Below, piece by piece: positions 21,001 to 25,333 of a stretch of DNA of 62,688 bases; the stretch's first letter is position 1; each line of letters starts with the position of its first letter. The notes under the pieces are model-generated. The model had not been told where the DNA came from, did no database searches, and worked only from the letters and a program-made list of their open reading frames with translations. The stretch comes from an uncultured Methanosarcinales archaeon. GTDB lineage: Archaea > Nanobdellota > Nanobdellia > Woesearchaeales > DATDXC01. The stretch lies in NCBI GenBank assembly GCA_964510025.1, contig CAZDZV010000002.1:124001-186688 (forward strand), given 5' to 3'. Both the position numbers and the translations under genes were made by a program.

Positions 21001-23723
21001 TGGTTAGATGCATTGAATATAATAACAAGGTTATGCCACTCCTGAAGAGGAAAATCATCTTTCAAAACATGATATCCATCATCCTCATTGTTAATATCAT
21101 TGTAGACCCAGATATCATCTAGTAAGACCGTCCACCAAATTCGGTCGGTTCCAGAATTATAGAAGCTCAATAGAACATTCTGCTCTGCAACAGTGTCACC
21201 TGAGGATTCTACATTTATCCACATAGAAGCTGTAAATTCTTCCATATTGTCAAAATCACTCTTTGTGCTCAATTCAACATAATCCCCATCTCCATCAAAC
21301 TCCAGATAGACATCATCAGACTCATCTATTGCAAGAGCTGTGAAGTTGCCCACTGCGGCTATGTTTTTGTCTGTTGCGTTGCCGCTGAAATAGCTCTCGT
21401 TTTCTGAGATCACTACCTCATAGGTCTGGGCGCTCAGGTGGGGGACAATCCACTCGATGTAATTGATATATGTGTCTGAATCTGTGTCATATGAGTCAAA
21501 GTTAATCTCAACAGTCGTGGAATTTGTGTCATTCAAAGAGCCGTTGACAAGACCTGCCATCACAAGGTCTGAAACATTCGCATGCCAGTAAAGCCTTATG
21601 GCATGTTCCTTTACCCTGCCGTCGATGTTTGTATAAGCGAGTATGTTCTCATAGTGGACATCAGACACGACCTTTACCTGCTTCCTGTCAGAAGAGAGAT
21701 TTTCCTCCACTGAATAGGGGCCCTCGGTATAATATTCCACCTCGACTTCCTCGACCTCTTCTTCGATTATTATCTCTGTGGTGTTTGACTCAGACTCATT
21801 CATATCAGCTGCGAACCTCCCTGTAATAGAGGAAAGGCCTGAGCCAGAGGAAGTCTGGACAGGAGCCAGCTTTCCTGGCTCAATGTCTATGCCGAACAGC
21901 CATTCCACAAGCGAAGCAAGATAGCCTTTTCTTATGTCCCTGACCAGATACCCGGTCAGCTGGTTTCTCTCATTTTTTATGGCAATGATCTGCTGGTTAA
22001 GCTCGAGCACCTGCTCCTTCTCCAGGGGTGCCTCTGTCTTCCTCTGCTCCAGCTCAGATATTGTCTTCTCTATGGCATCTACCTTTTTCTCTGTAACGTA
22101 TTCATCAACTGTCTTTTCCTCCCCCTTATCGATGACTTTTATCTTCTCTTTGCTTATCTCCTGCTCCACGCCGAACCTCAGCTTTTTCACAGTGAAGTTA
22201 AGGGCTTCTGGGGTAAGGTTAATGCTTAGGTTGGACATGGTCGAGTTCAGGTTCACTTTCTTTACCCACTTAACTGGCCGGCCTATCACTGCGATGCCCT
22301 GCTTCAAGGACTCGGATTTGTTGACAACTGTTTTTTTCGCCACCTCCACCTGCATGGTGTTTGAAACAGAGAAGGTCTCTGTGTCATTTGCTATGAAGAA
22401 GATATGCTGGGTGCCTGTCCAGCCAAGGTCTGGTATTATGGTGGCAATATCCCCGTCTACCAGGACAGTGACGTTGTCTGAGCCATATGCTGTAAAGTAT
22501 AAAGTATCATTTTCAGGATCAGAGACATAGCTGCTCAGGTTGATATCTGTAAGGTTGCCGGGATCTATGATCTGCTTCGGAAGAGTCCCCCATACAGGCG
22601 CCCTGTTGGGCATCTCTTCCAGCGTTGTATATGTAACAGAATCCAAGCTGAGAGATGCATTGTCTATCTCTACGATAAGCCAGTAAAAGCTCCTGTTGAA
22701 TCCGGAAATAGCGCATGTCTCTACACAGATGTTGCTGAAGCTGATAACATCCGGAACAAATGTTGCAGACAAGTTCAAGGAAGCAGAATAGTTGATGTCT
22801 GTGTATGGATAGTCAAGGCTGAGGTTGTAGTCTACATAGATGACCTGGGCCTCTACGATGTTGTTGTATGTTGCTCCGTATGCCCCGTAATTAAGGTAGA
22901 AAGGCTCATCCCAGGAGCTTTGCGCAGGCTGGAGCCCGATGAAGTTGCAGCATTGCTGGTTTCCATAGCAGGATGTAGTTGATGTAGCATTATCCTGGCT
23001 TATCACCGACCATTTTGTGCAGAGCTTCTGCTCATTAAGCGAGGTTTCAGTGCCGGCGACTGACAGGTCTATTATGCCATCAGTTGCCTCAACACCGTTA
23101 TCATCTGGATCATAGGATGTGCCTGGATTATAGTCCAGGTCTATGCTGATTTCGCTGTCCCCTTCATAGAGCGGCTCGACAACCATCGCTGTAAGGTGGA
23201 GTATGGACGATATGCTGGGATCCTGCTTCAGCTCTGAGCTGTCGAATATAAGCAGCTGCTCGTCATCGTTCTCTATGTACACTTTTGCTGATCCATACAA
23301 GGATACGCTGCCTGATAGCTTCACTGAGTTAAGCTCAGCTGGGTTGGAGACAGACCAGACATAGTCATAGCTGTCATTGGCTGCCAGGTTAATATTGTCT
23401 GTATAGCTGAACTCCTTTGTCACAGTCACATAACCGATAAAGGCAGGCCTCAGTGTCAATGAAAAGACAACAAACATTATAAGCAGTATAGGCACAAGCC
23501 TCAAGGTGAGCTTCAGGTGCTCCTTATACTGCTCATTTGCCTGCTCCAGCTCTTTCTTATATTTGGAGTAAAGGTCAAACCATTCCTCTCTTGTCCTGCC
23601 TGATATCTTTTCGTTCAGGAGCTCAGCCAGCTCTGCCCTTGTAAGGACTCCATGCCTGTGCAGCTCCAGAATCTTCTTCAGCTGCTCCTCGCTTCTCTTT
23701 CCAAACTCCCTTATCTCATCCAT
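1..23723 (-). CDS. Giant membrane-anchored multidomain surface protein/adhesin (>=7,907 aa, 3'-truncated by the window edge)
   Basis: ATG at 23723 reads MDEIREFGKRSEEQLKKILELHRHGVLTRAEL..., then a TM segment (LVPILLIMFVVFSLTL). The same frame reads as open protein at the window edge (..SLILVNASKHGVYISESTE). The track lists no stop-terminated ORF in this frame, which implies no internal stop. Contains LamG motifs (LVGWWRFD; FDGDGDY; NGSIDE..IFNRSL), PbH1-type repeats (GIYL..S.NN...NIT) and dense N-x-S/T sequons. Confidence 0.95.
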   Translation of the reverse strand, partial: MDEIREFGKRSEEQLKKILELHRHGVLTRAELAELLNEKISGRTREEWFDLYSKYKKELEQANEQYKEHLKLTLRLVPILLIMFVVFSLTLRPAFIGYVTVTKEFSYTDNINLAANDSYDYVWSVSNPAELNSVKLSGSVSLYGSAKVYIENDDEQLLIFDSSELKQDPSISSILHLTAMVVEPLYEGDSEISIDLDYNPGTSYDPDDNGVEATDGIIDLSVAGTETSLNEQKLCTKWSVISQDNATSTTSCYGNQQCCNFIGLQPAQSSWDEPFYLNYGAYGATYNNIVEAQVIYVDYNLSLDYPYTDINYSASLNLSATFVPDVISFSNICVETCAISGFNRSFYWLIVEIDNASLSLDSVTYTTLEEMPNRAPVWGTLPKQIIDPGNLTDINLSSYVSDPENDTLYFTAYGSDNVTVLVDGDIATIIPDLGWTGTQHIFFIANDTETFSVSNTMQVEVAKKTVVNKSESLKQGIAVIGRPVKWVKKVNLNSTMSNLSINLTPEALNFTVKKLRFGVEQEISKEKIKVIDKGEEKTVDEYVTEKKVDAIEKTISELEQRKTEAPLEKEQVLELNQQIIAIKNERNQLTGYLVRDIRKGYLASLVEWLFGIDIEPGKLAPVQTSSGSGLSSITGRFAADMNESESNTTEIIIEEEVEEVEVEYYTEGPYSVEENLSSDRKQVKVVSDVHYENILAYTNIDGRVKEHAIRLYWHANVSDLVMAGLVNGSLNDTNSTTVEINFDSYDTDSDTYINYIEWIVPHLSAQTYEVVISENESYFSGNATDKNIAAVGNFTALAIDESDDVYLEFDGDGDYVELSTKSDFDNMEEFTASMWINVESSGDTVAEQNVLLSFYNSGTDRIWWTVLLDDIWVYNDINNEDDGYHVLKDDFPLQEWHNLVIIFNASNHTTVYWDGDIGSTVQLTRAISNLSDGFTVNIGALNGVFNYNGSIDEVRIYNISLNQANITELYNSGRTANSSLVSEGLVGWWKLDEGAGINATDSSGFSNDGTLNGDARWSSWGLGRYLIGYWNFDTSVENEENVTVHDWSGNNDANTRNKTVINQSDCRYGRCVQLNGQEDYVNLSDGGIIQDTNFTIMAWVKHYKKTTDLHSIYGEYVTTATKNYFIIGTQNLMFDQYPPSGGSTEGSTTLEYGVWYHVAVTMNGTNRTLYVDGEVDGIAMNETYGSGAPEISAIGFRSGQNGRSFNGSIDEVMIFNISLSHAQVRGIFKNTSARFKKQATQTIKQFNISSGYDTFNITTLDYQRSLDTDISLRLGYWDQSLGYNSSDFTGYSSLISCWRGDGDAADSCGGYDGSLEGAIATAPGVFGQAFYFEGDSDYVGVTSFDDNLVDTELTICAWARSDENPDNGNMVVVGSYGSGSTYTHIMFDTDAVVRYGIGNDTTSDSYCLNGVSLGSGYWQELGHYCIVLNSSNHSLAYYNGEFKDSEACYVGNKREDIYIGSYNGANNFFNGTIDEVLAFNRSLSSDEIRQLYIQGKALWDYTDYEQLSAVDSADNHSLNEFSISTLTANVMPEYMLFSDNYGFYSPMISQSAGAKNLVTVEAQDRIVAEIRFVHPSPSDNGAVNDSFVQLNATVTDIHNTYSFFNDSLVGWWRFDVLNTSGDVVDESHRENNGSAEGNAAQTDSGYFGKAFEFDGDGDYVDAGNAIVATLDNATDFSVSAWIKPTDEEGILAIVATGNWYNSDGEGFGLIYRADEAGDPIEFHINNDTGDRLEVENDVGDISGEWTHVFVNVNRSGNAILYINSVEGQSGDISSKKGGTMISGTSGLVIGRYGENANNDFNGTLDDIIIFNRTLSNSEIQALYNSSQYHLERNLTLADDSYSYTAYSVDADGNKNYSTLTFTVDTVGININFSEPTKATDFVLGNSTYLVNASIAAGTDTYAFVDIDSSLVGWWRFDSLNASGGVLDESGYSNNGSVVGNAHQVTAGRFGKGFEFDGDGDYLLVSEPNMDFNGVPSITMAAWIYPIEETTNQFIYNLGGYEIVFRIDDGDYKELECILNDYSNDRATTNTDVVEYNKWNFVVCTSNGSNIKIYHNAVEKASANPSGSLTIGSNDWYIGSEGVNPFNGSIDEAIIFNRSLSASEISMLYNSTAGYYANVTGLREGNLSYKAAAVDRAGHKNETEERIIKIDLTPPYVAFSDSNNSGAVDHAKVNISTSDVHHHYAFVEHGNDVLLWMTMDSLNSTGDPVDSSSYQRNASWSSNTTRGDGPDLDNGQADGRFGKAWKFDGDDDSIDGAVALFANESNASYSFWAYVEDAGDDYQILLAQEQTGSNYCYATLYRRSTDVVYYAWNNAGIGKGGYYVNSLENSWNHIAVAWNSTNSSLYINGDLKDVGDWPYCPNPTREEFRIGRAPYNGTTWDLNGSIDEIVVFNRTLNASEVKALYNASAYRYEHNFTSLPAGDNVFTAYSVDTAGNLNQSQRQYTYTTDPIQLSIDWITPTADTDVLYNGWFNITFTVDCIQGACTGINVSLDPAAYYSFELDDLGNNWYGCSDNEFFISDDYFMDFSFTGDAGWESGFEFYGEEFDDIDVCDNGLLNFDNDEDCSNYGSEMSDSSDVIITPYSADSYPQENSYEATTFYYCTDSDYVVFHWDMVYDDASSDIYEVEAILYRNGDIIFTYDESSDQWDGEQQAPKGVSYEGGLYTEVDGSNDYVQNDYILTYQAIGEQKYGLVNTTPSTPFWTNKSSNPYTISMNPGESQHVTFWVNASASWGTSTFFGYVNATSDMSINDQTTTIDITIINTTDYNITLISPVDYYFTHDVELDYNFSCNATINSFPDYYITNLTLFVWNSSGSVIIQNTSDLTGSHVAANFSQSLPSSGIYEWNCRVETTHGTSSHAPGNSTIGIAKMDRCWTLNQDHTTYNLSSNIIDFTGSVCMNITAWNVTLDCMNHTIDGLSYNDGQYAVFSEYTNSSTIKDCNLTHLGNSIRLQDVSNYTISNIRVNTSWAGVYLDGNYSTISSMTIENTTYAGIYMTYSYYNNITGIIINNGNLGIYLASPVSLNDFDNITCINNTQAGIYMSSYGYYNDFRNIAVINSTDYGLYISGHYNNFTNITASNNSKSGIYLYIAGTNNFTNITTNYNMENGIELYYSDSNHFNQVHANDNEEYGIELRFRCDYNVFTDINAGGNVYGTYIYDECTQNTVASSSFTYNNNGVRLYDESNSNTIRGISAINNTGTGIYVSGSNDNIFQNVTSDGNTRGFYLTSSVYRTIIKNSTASRNSNYGIDYVSAYYNEFYNLTCIENEQMDISNDDGSAADCSQIFENITVTGTNGFAYHNSSVNLSNEKYSLLILCNADSSNLTNITIDSGFQNNGLIITDTDNSKFTNISSSNSYMGLKINDYSNMNSYKDISVKSSTYGLYIDWSSYSNFSEIYTSNNTYGLYMQYADGNNLTNITAHYSNTGIYMSYCDGNTLDNISLFNNTDGLWSGYSDGNEISNITAGSNARYSMFIESSTPVDSIFSDIRIWNCSSAGEYACIYIENEIQDSIFRDIHINGSSSYGIWINGQYSTTRADNNLFQDILIENTNSYSIYLETYALNNTFLNVTYDNESIGSDSSLVRKWHYRAYVNDSTGTPVGFADIKAYNSSKLAESMTTGEDGYTNIGTLTEYTNSSDTSFYFYEINASKPGYTQINQSYNITYYQNNLLHVFTLNYTGAASNCTVLSEPNIVFNQTGHIVPDSGDCIRITAENVTYDCMNYYISNPDLAAAGIISNASNTTIRNCNITMSSSGGYGIKLESATSSYIFNNTLNSQEYGLYIGSSSGNFFENNSMSFNTYNLYVAGSAADFNNTIPTTNLVDGYKIYFNTSVLNHDFGSIPDAGVIYCSHCLNVSYQDANVSRSLCGVNFYNTTNSTLQNITSTLNYYGIRLYLSDGNNLTNNTIYENTRYGLDINSSHGNFVENSNMHSCADSCIHLSSASNNSFKAGILNVSAKNLIYLDAAINNSFYGMQLYDPVSDAVNISRTAKNNTFDSLLIFAPTKAVSGIVSHAANTTVRYCNITMSSSSPGYGIELVMANDTQVAGCNLDSQYRGLMLDRTSKALVEDTIASSNQDHGVYLYYSDNNIFRNVTASYNDDYNLYMDYSSYNNVSFSSFDFSATDNGLYLRYSDNNQLWNISTKENWNYGIQLYYSDNTTITNITSSSNRVNGLYIQGKGNNLSNIYVSNSMTGLYLYYADDSSIANIIAYNSSNSGIQLYHSDRNRFENVTTYENYRGIYFYDYCYNNTFKDVTSYSSSYEEIYLYDNYIIGNEFENINLWNCSNVSASFSCIHLARDCENTVFRDVYINKSSGYGIKVLGIVSWTADHNLFQNILMENVDEYDLYVLEYADNLTMLNATYDDEYTGSATSVYRKWHYRAYINDSSGNPLDSINVTAYNRSDDYHFNLTTNSSGYTQLTPITEYLNQSGTTTYPSNYTIFAQHPSYEAANRSYNASGNNLEHVITMGSSLDAAAPSISLIFPLNNSWHINGNMSFTYNATDDTALDTCILYGNFNGTWLANLTNTTPASGVADTFYLNLTNGSYTWNVWCNDTAGNFGFNETNITFHIDSVRPSISLHNPGAGETLADEDVMFNWTATDNLDSSLLCNLTINGTVNQSYISSANGSYTSSTVAGFGNGLYLWNVTCWDNATNINTSLTRNFTVSAVRICDQGDYQTTCNVTTAHNIPDGTNINLNNLIIKSGGSVYNDTANCSGSNHGCGFAIAATGNITVQNGGQLKAGNISIDAENIHVNAGGEITGDGLGWMCQYGPGQWWWGAHHGGPYSGQTYNKMYGNATAPRDFGTGATCQYTADARGGGVVFVNASGNLEINGSVSADGRHSGGYSSGSGGSVWLISQEISGNGTISAKAPTYSKYGGAGGGRVRNTFITDRFLGIISVAGYASEHAGTYSFSDGPNVNLTVKADMALAGGNYTLHTLAVTNGATLEVQPLFNGSNQIEGNGAGVVINAVHVYIEEGASISGKGLGFDGCNATIGQGPNAHHGGFNGYGTKEPDLLYGSEKQPLSLGGAKGVCGTTQSGRGGGAIFLNLSGNCSINGTIDVSGKPNGGYNYAGSGGSVYIRADVISGNGSIIANGGDGTYYGGGGGRIALHSNTLSFPGLIVNNGGVESDDATPDAAYGTAGTIYMNATIIINSTGNVTATGYNGSTARINFTSQLLSLTGTYNASSNVDQQGIITLDFTNCTGSAITGTFDPAYTKFRCSYPVINSNYTYPETPLFFYNVTITANVTDEDSDIIWVNFTLANSSESLLDQANGTSSGDWWNSTATNVSSDGLWTWTINVSDATGLKASSTGSFIAHNTRPIECQELSQPNTVYILQNDITGISGTCFNITADNITLDMNGFNITGDEGGYGVYVDGHENLTVKDGQIYDFGYGAYISGSDYNALENITANSNGYGVMIVSSYYNNFTSVVANLNTQYGMYFDSAGNNNLTAITADNNSMGILLDEDSDSNVFIGIVANNNSQHGIDLISGSDGNVFRDVISNYNTLDGVALASSVNNNFTNITADFNRYGINVSSADSNNFSQISTQGNDYDWYVYDSDVLGYDMNNASVFYWESSFGKVVFLNRSIYASGTDLSEVISITENNVFVNSSKEQGFNTTANITITGISLSQPKAIVDYDDDSKFEECSYCSNLYYSDQVFIFNVTHFTTYKAVENSSLYSCVELEGLNTVYTLQQDITGISGTCFTIAADNITLDMNSYNITGDNSGSGIHADGYNETKVINGKIYSFQYGISLNNNRKNNLSSIISESSYFGIYLSESHDNLLEYVTANNNTEDVSSPGIYLSSSHNNTLTNIIAYSNADGIELSSSDNNSLINISSSFNQGPQDGLGIHLLDSDSNVIQGITTNSNTGENGLGIWIDGSDNNNISSIIAEDNWQGISIGQTVGNYNNIFSDGNISECGAASDVLVDYDARNTTFINMTYGSETVGCSDSPPSPCSTLTRKWYYRAYVNDTAGNIVINANVTAYNVTDDYVLNLTTDSTGYTPRAELTEYVSDGSTRSYYNNYTVYAVNSTYAASTRSYNLTIEENNLEHVFTLSLSPDLTVCGALDQPNTYYTLQSDITGIEGTCFTITADNVTLDMNGFNITGDDDDDGYGVYSDGYNESTIKNGEIYDFDRGIYLKNNQENDIINITSKSNVRGIYLVSSSNNNLIDITSNLNEYGIRLGSSSNNNQLTNITANSNGHYGIEFDSSSNNNLTGITANSNYDYGILLYSSSNNNQLTDITANENSQGIYLDSSSNNTFTNITANSNSWDGIYLDSSSNNNTLTNLNIWNCSTGGSYSCIEVDTSNNNVFTSGTINTSATHLIWMDGSSTGNNLSSLVLSNATKHGVYSENTAGNNRFFNLTVSDTALAAFNISNGTATKIINNTFYNVPLNYHIVDGTVGEYSLQNDSLHIDDTDYGSIRFINSSLYASGSNLSDIVSIASTVAFVNTSADKGLNTSANISFATLMSGPSVVVDWDDDGSYEACPASVCEEISYDTGKYRFNVTHFTSYSIKSVQYISNCSVLDEENTLYMLDTVILSGSPDYIVCMNITADDVELDCQDYYMRIDDVDTGIYSEDTRNITIRNCNITMLSQDDRTIAVHLNNSDDALIEGNILDYNYNNFIRIDSGTNIRIRNNVMRHTYSDYGLEFAEEYNLNVTGVEIYNNIIYNASYTGIYVNHGNNFTISYNNISRNGRNGVVYGDAEGIAFTDNTTDNMIFNNNFSRNNEKAIYLAECRNINISSSRFYDDYSEDQKIQLVYGYNVTIEHNTFSHLGNNNDYVIDFETFAENVTIAGNSFSSLLSGAITSDDSRSNFVVRDNLFDNLSASYSVMRIYTDNSIIFNNTIDSYEGSERIIEIYGDNSNVSNNTIVRNNQTNSNPQVLIEIGGLYANVDGNTITQSEGAIAIYIEGNHSAIRNNLIYSNQFGDEFIAIQLYDEGRMLYNTTITGNYFDSNTMTGYDMLDLDVDYANISDNIITYTGGSGEECYVMNLDGSYLTIRNNDITNNGCEGYIYGIYISGNDNVIIANDFSYLTSSDDYIYGMDIEGNNNTLIDNEMDNLGSSGSDDFDNVYLIEVNGNNNIISNPGEHERSGSIESAYSSNGDLYGIYIGGNYNLINNTDVYECNGAVNTYLYWIDGSNNTMLDMAGSMDSKSRSSAAAEGIFVMGSNNTIRRASVSYIYAEGTGADDVKGFSLDIDNSIVDDCDAGYISSTNDNSYGFFIYGDNNSIYDADSYGVDGNQYAGGIYVSGYNNIINRSDVLDVFCLTDAAYGIELSGNNNTLVGSTFDTISGDTAYGVSVSGNLNVLANDNDVSVVGATLASYGYYISGSNNTLFDEGGVNGAGSITSSNDDAYSIYISGNFNNATGQLLGSPSASNDAYAVYISGDSNYAEKLEIQGMDNGYDYGIYISSGTGNRIRDTNTNTYDDDPDYAVYIDGKGNNTFIDSWFYAASNDIYLTSTTNNTFLNCSFSTSDDYVAADSYYIRKWYYRAYVNDTGGNIVINANVTAYNITDIYQFNLTTNATGYTQQAEITDYINLGGTKYYYNNHTIYAENETYMTAAVSYNASGNNLEHVFTLSLSPDLTVCGALDQPNTVYTLQNNIETTDTCFTIAADNITLDMNGFRITGNTGTGDYGVYSDSHTNITVKDGDIYQFESGIYLINCNSSLIDNITFEDSTNGVGSYRAAVKLSSTNSSILEDITINDWGGDNDYGGAMAVYLKDCHYNNLTRIHIKDIDDAFTEWYQIYLDSSDNNILRDSNITVQDGLGSHTSVYVDGTDNWIINNTISYATSAAVGLHGSYNHVINNTMFSSNYLLEVQSSHNQLQNNDLYSCGASFGCIFVHDADNNSFIGGSMEDSSSSIIYLESSDNNAFESITLHNASEHLVYVAASSGNNFTSLILVNASKHGVYISESTE
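967..1043. repeat. 77-bp exact direct repeat, copy 1 (module junction)
   Basis: Identical to 5536-5612; the 4569-bp offset is in frame. Confidence 0.95.
4900..5285. repeat. Six ~66-72-bp tandem coding repeats (GIxLxSSSNN.. beta-helix coils) in an AT-rich segment
   Basis: The ga(g/a)cttgag part of the gttgtttga(g/a)cttgag core begins at 4912, 4981, 5050, 5119, 5191 and 5257. Confidence 0.85.
5536..5612. repeat. 77-bp exact direct repeat, copy 2 (module junction)
   Basis: Identical to 967-1043. Confidence 0.95.
16510..21310 (-). other. Array of six LamG/concanavalin-A-like domains within the giant protein
   Basis: Six NG(S/T)(I/L)D(E/D)xxx(F/Y)NxxL motifs at about 20880, 20105, 19315, 18320, 17465 and 16580, each preceded by an FDGDGDY-like motif. 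Boundaries are approximate. Confidence 0.85.
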
Positions 23724-23944
23724 TTTTTAGCTTTTTTTCTGGCTCTTGCATAGACTGTCCAGATATTCCTTTCATCCCTGTTCAGCAGTTCTGCGATCTT
23801 CCTGAACGATAGGCCTTTCTCTTCCTTGAGGTAGAATACAATGGCCTCAAAAACAGTGTGTTTTGTCTTGAAAATAGATTTAGGAAAATAGATAAGGTCC
23901 TTAAAATAGCTCAAGCTGTCTTCTTCCCCACTGCTTTCAACCAT
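23711..23944 (-). CDS. Small helix-turn-helix DNA-binding protein (sigma-70 region 4/LuxR-like HTH)
   Basis: EAIVFYLKEEKGLSFRKIAELLNRDERNIWTVYARARKK fits an HTH pattern. Overlaps the giant gene start by 13 nt. Confidence 0.8.
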   Translation of the reverse strand: MVESSGEEDSLSYFKDLIYFPKSIFKTKHTVFEAIVFYLKEEKGLSFRKIAELLNRDERNIWTVYARARKKAKKWMR

Positions 23945-23950
23945 CTAGAA

Positions 23951-24135
23951 TACACACATTATATTAATCCTTTAAATAACTTTCGCTTTTGATACATATA
24001 TTGTGTGTTTTTTCTTAATACATACATTGTATGTATTTTAGATTTATAAATGGCCTGTTTTTATTTATGAGTTACACATTGTATGTATAATTTTTAATCT
24101 AAAGAAGAATTCTCTATTTACATACAATGTGTGTT
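23951..24135. promoter_or_regulatory. Array of five 17-bp palindromic sites TACAYACA-W-TGTRTGTW (candidate operators)
   Basis: Centres at 23959, 24001, 24027, 24079 and 24127. The copy at 24017-24037 is a perfect 10-bp inverted repeat, AATACATACA-T-TGTATGTATT. Confidence 0.75.
23970..23985 (-). promoter_or_regulatory. Archaeal BRE-TATA promoter for the HTH/giant-gene operon
   Basis: Minus-strand CGAAAGTTATTTAAAG about 25 bp upstream of the HTH ATG. The same architecture is seen at other promoters in the window. Confidence 0.7.
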
Positions 24136-24265
24136 AGATATGGACTGTATAGAATCCTCTAGCAGGAATCAAATCTAGACCTAACGAACATGCAATTTTA
24201 AACCATCCCCTCAAGAAATCTTATAACTGGAAGATATATAAAATTTAGTATTAACGAGATGGTAG

Positions 24266-24859
24266 TTATCTGCTTGCGTCTGCCTGCCGCTCCATCTCAA
24301 GCTTCTTAGAAATGGCATTTGAGCTCTGGCTCAGGTTATAAGCAGCTACAATCTCATCTGCCAAAAATTCCTCAATGGGCTTTTTTGACTTAAAGGACTT
24401 ATGGTATGCTCCCTGGGTCATATACCTCAAAGACAGGTCGATCCTTCTCTGGGGACTGCATTCCACTGCTTTAGGGTAGCGGGCTCCCCCGTATTCTATC
24501 GTGATTATCTCTTCACGCTGCGCGGAATTCTCAAGGGCTTTCACAAAAACCTCTATGGGATTCTTTTTTGTCTTTTTTTCTATGATAGAAAGCATATTCT
24601 CGACTATCTGAGAGGCATTCTGGGCTTTTCCAGTTATATGGCCGCTGGACTTGAAGTGCTTGCCGCTCTTGTGGCCAGGCACCATTATCTTATTTATAAG
24701 CCTCTCTATAATGAATATCTTCGACTTGTGGAAGCGATTGCCTGCATATCTTGCCCCTGTTTTCGGGACTATCTTCGGATCCAAAGAGATATAGCCAACC
24801 AATCCTGGATCATCTACCTTTATCCCTTCTGTTGACCATCTGTTAAATGCCTTAATCAT
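24266..24859 (-). CDS. rps7: 30S ribosomal protein S7
   Basis: Archaeal uS7 motifs ([36 protein letters not shown]); follows rps12. Confidence 0.97.
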   Translation of the reverse strand: MIKAFNRWSTEGIKVDDPGLVGYISLDPKIVPKTGARYAGNRFHKSKIFIIERLINKIMVPGHKSGKHFKSSGHITGKAQNASQIVENMLSIIEKKTKKNPIEVFVKALENSAQREEIITIEYGGARYPKAVECSPQRRIDLSLRYMTQGAYHKSFKSKKPIEEFLADEIVAAYNLSQSSNAISKKLEMERQADASR

Positions 24860-25293
24860 TTTCTAGCTTTCTCAATCTTTCCCCTAAGCAGCGCATTAAG
24901 GCTCTGATCATTCACCTTTATGACCTGCCACCTTACACCTGGAATGTCTCCCTTGGATTTTCCTTTTGCGCCGCCGATGCACTCAACAACAACCTCATCG
25001 TGCTCATCTATAAGCTTGGTCGCCCCGTCTCCTGGGCAGAAAGCTGTCACCTGCTTTCCGTTCTTCACAAGCTGGACCCTTACGCATTTCCTTAATGCAG
25101 AATTAGGCTGCTTTGCCTCAAACTGAACCTTTTCCAGGACAATTCCTTTTCCCTGGGACGAACCGCCCAACGGGTCTGACTTTGCCTTCAGGTTTTTGGC
25201 TCTCCTTACAAATTTCTGATCATGCCATCTACCCCTGTGCCTTCTAGACTTAAGCTTCTTGCCTGAATTCAGTCCTTTTGGCTTTTTTCCCAT
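24856..25293 (-). CDS. rps12: 30S ribosomal protein S12 (S23e type)
   Basis: [17 protein letters not shown] and GDIPGVRW motifs. Probable start is MGKKPKG at 25293. Confidence 0.97.
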   Translation of the reverse strand: MGKKPKGLNSGKKLKSRRHRGRWHDQKFVRRAKNLKAKSDPLGGSSQGKGIVLEKVQFEAKQPNSALRKCVRVQLVKNGKQVTAFCPGDGATKLIDEHDEVVVECIGGAKGKSKGDIPGVRWQVIKVNDQSLNALLRGKIEKARK

Positions 25294-25333
25294 TTTAATT
25301 CGGAATTTTATTTGATTTAAAAAGGTTTCGCAT

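Noticed and set aside
34..22716. About 30 short track ORFs (mostly plus strand) in the first 23 kb
   Set aside because: They are antisense or off-frame shadows of the giant minus-strand gene and have no recognisable motifs.
23945..24265. Replication origin interpretation of the AT-rich repeat spacer
   Set aside because: No ORB-like G-string motif and no adjacent cdc6/orc1. Palindromes around a promoter fit operators better.
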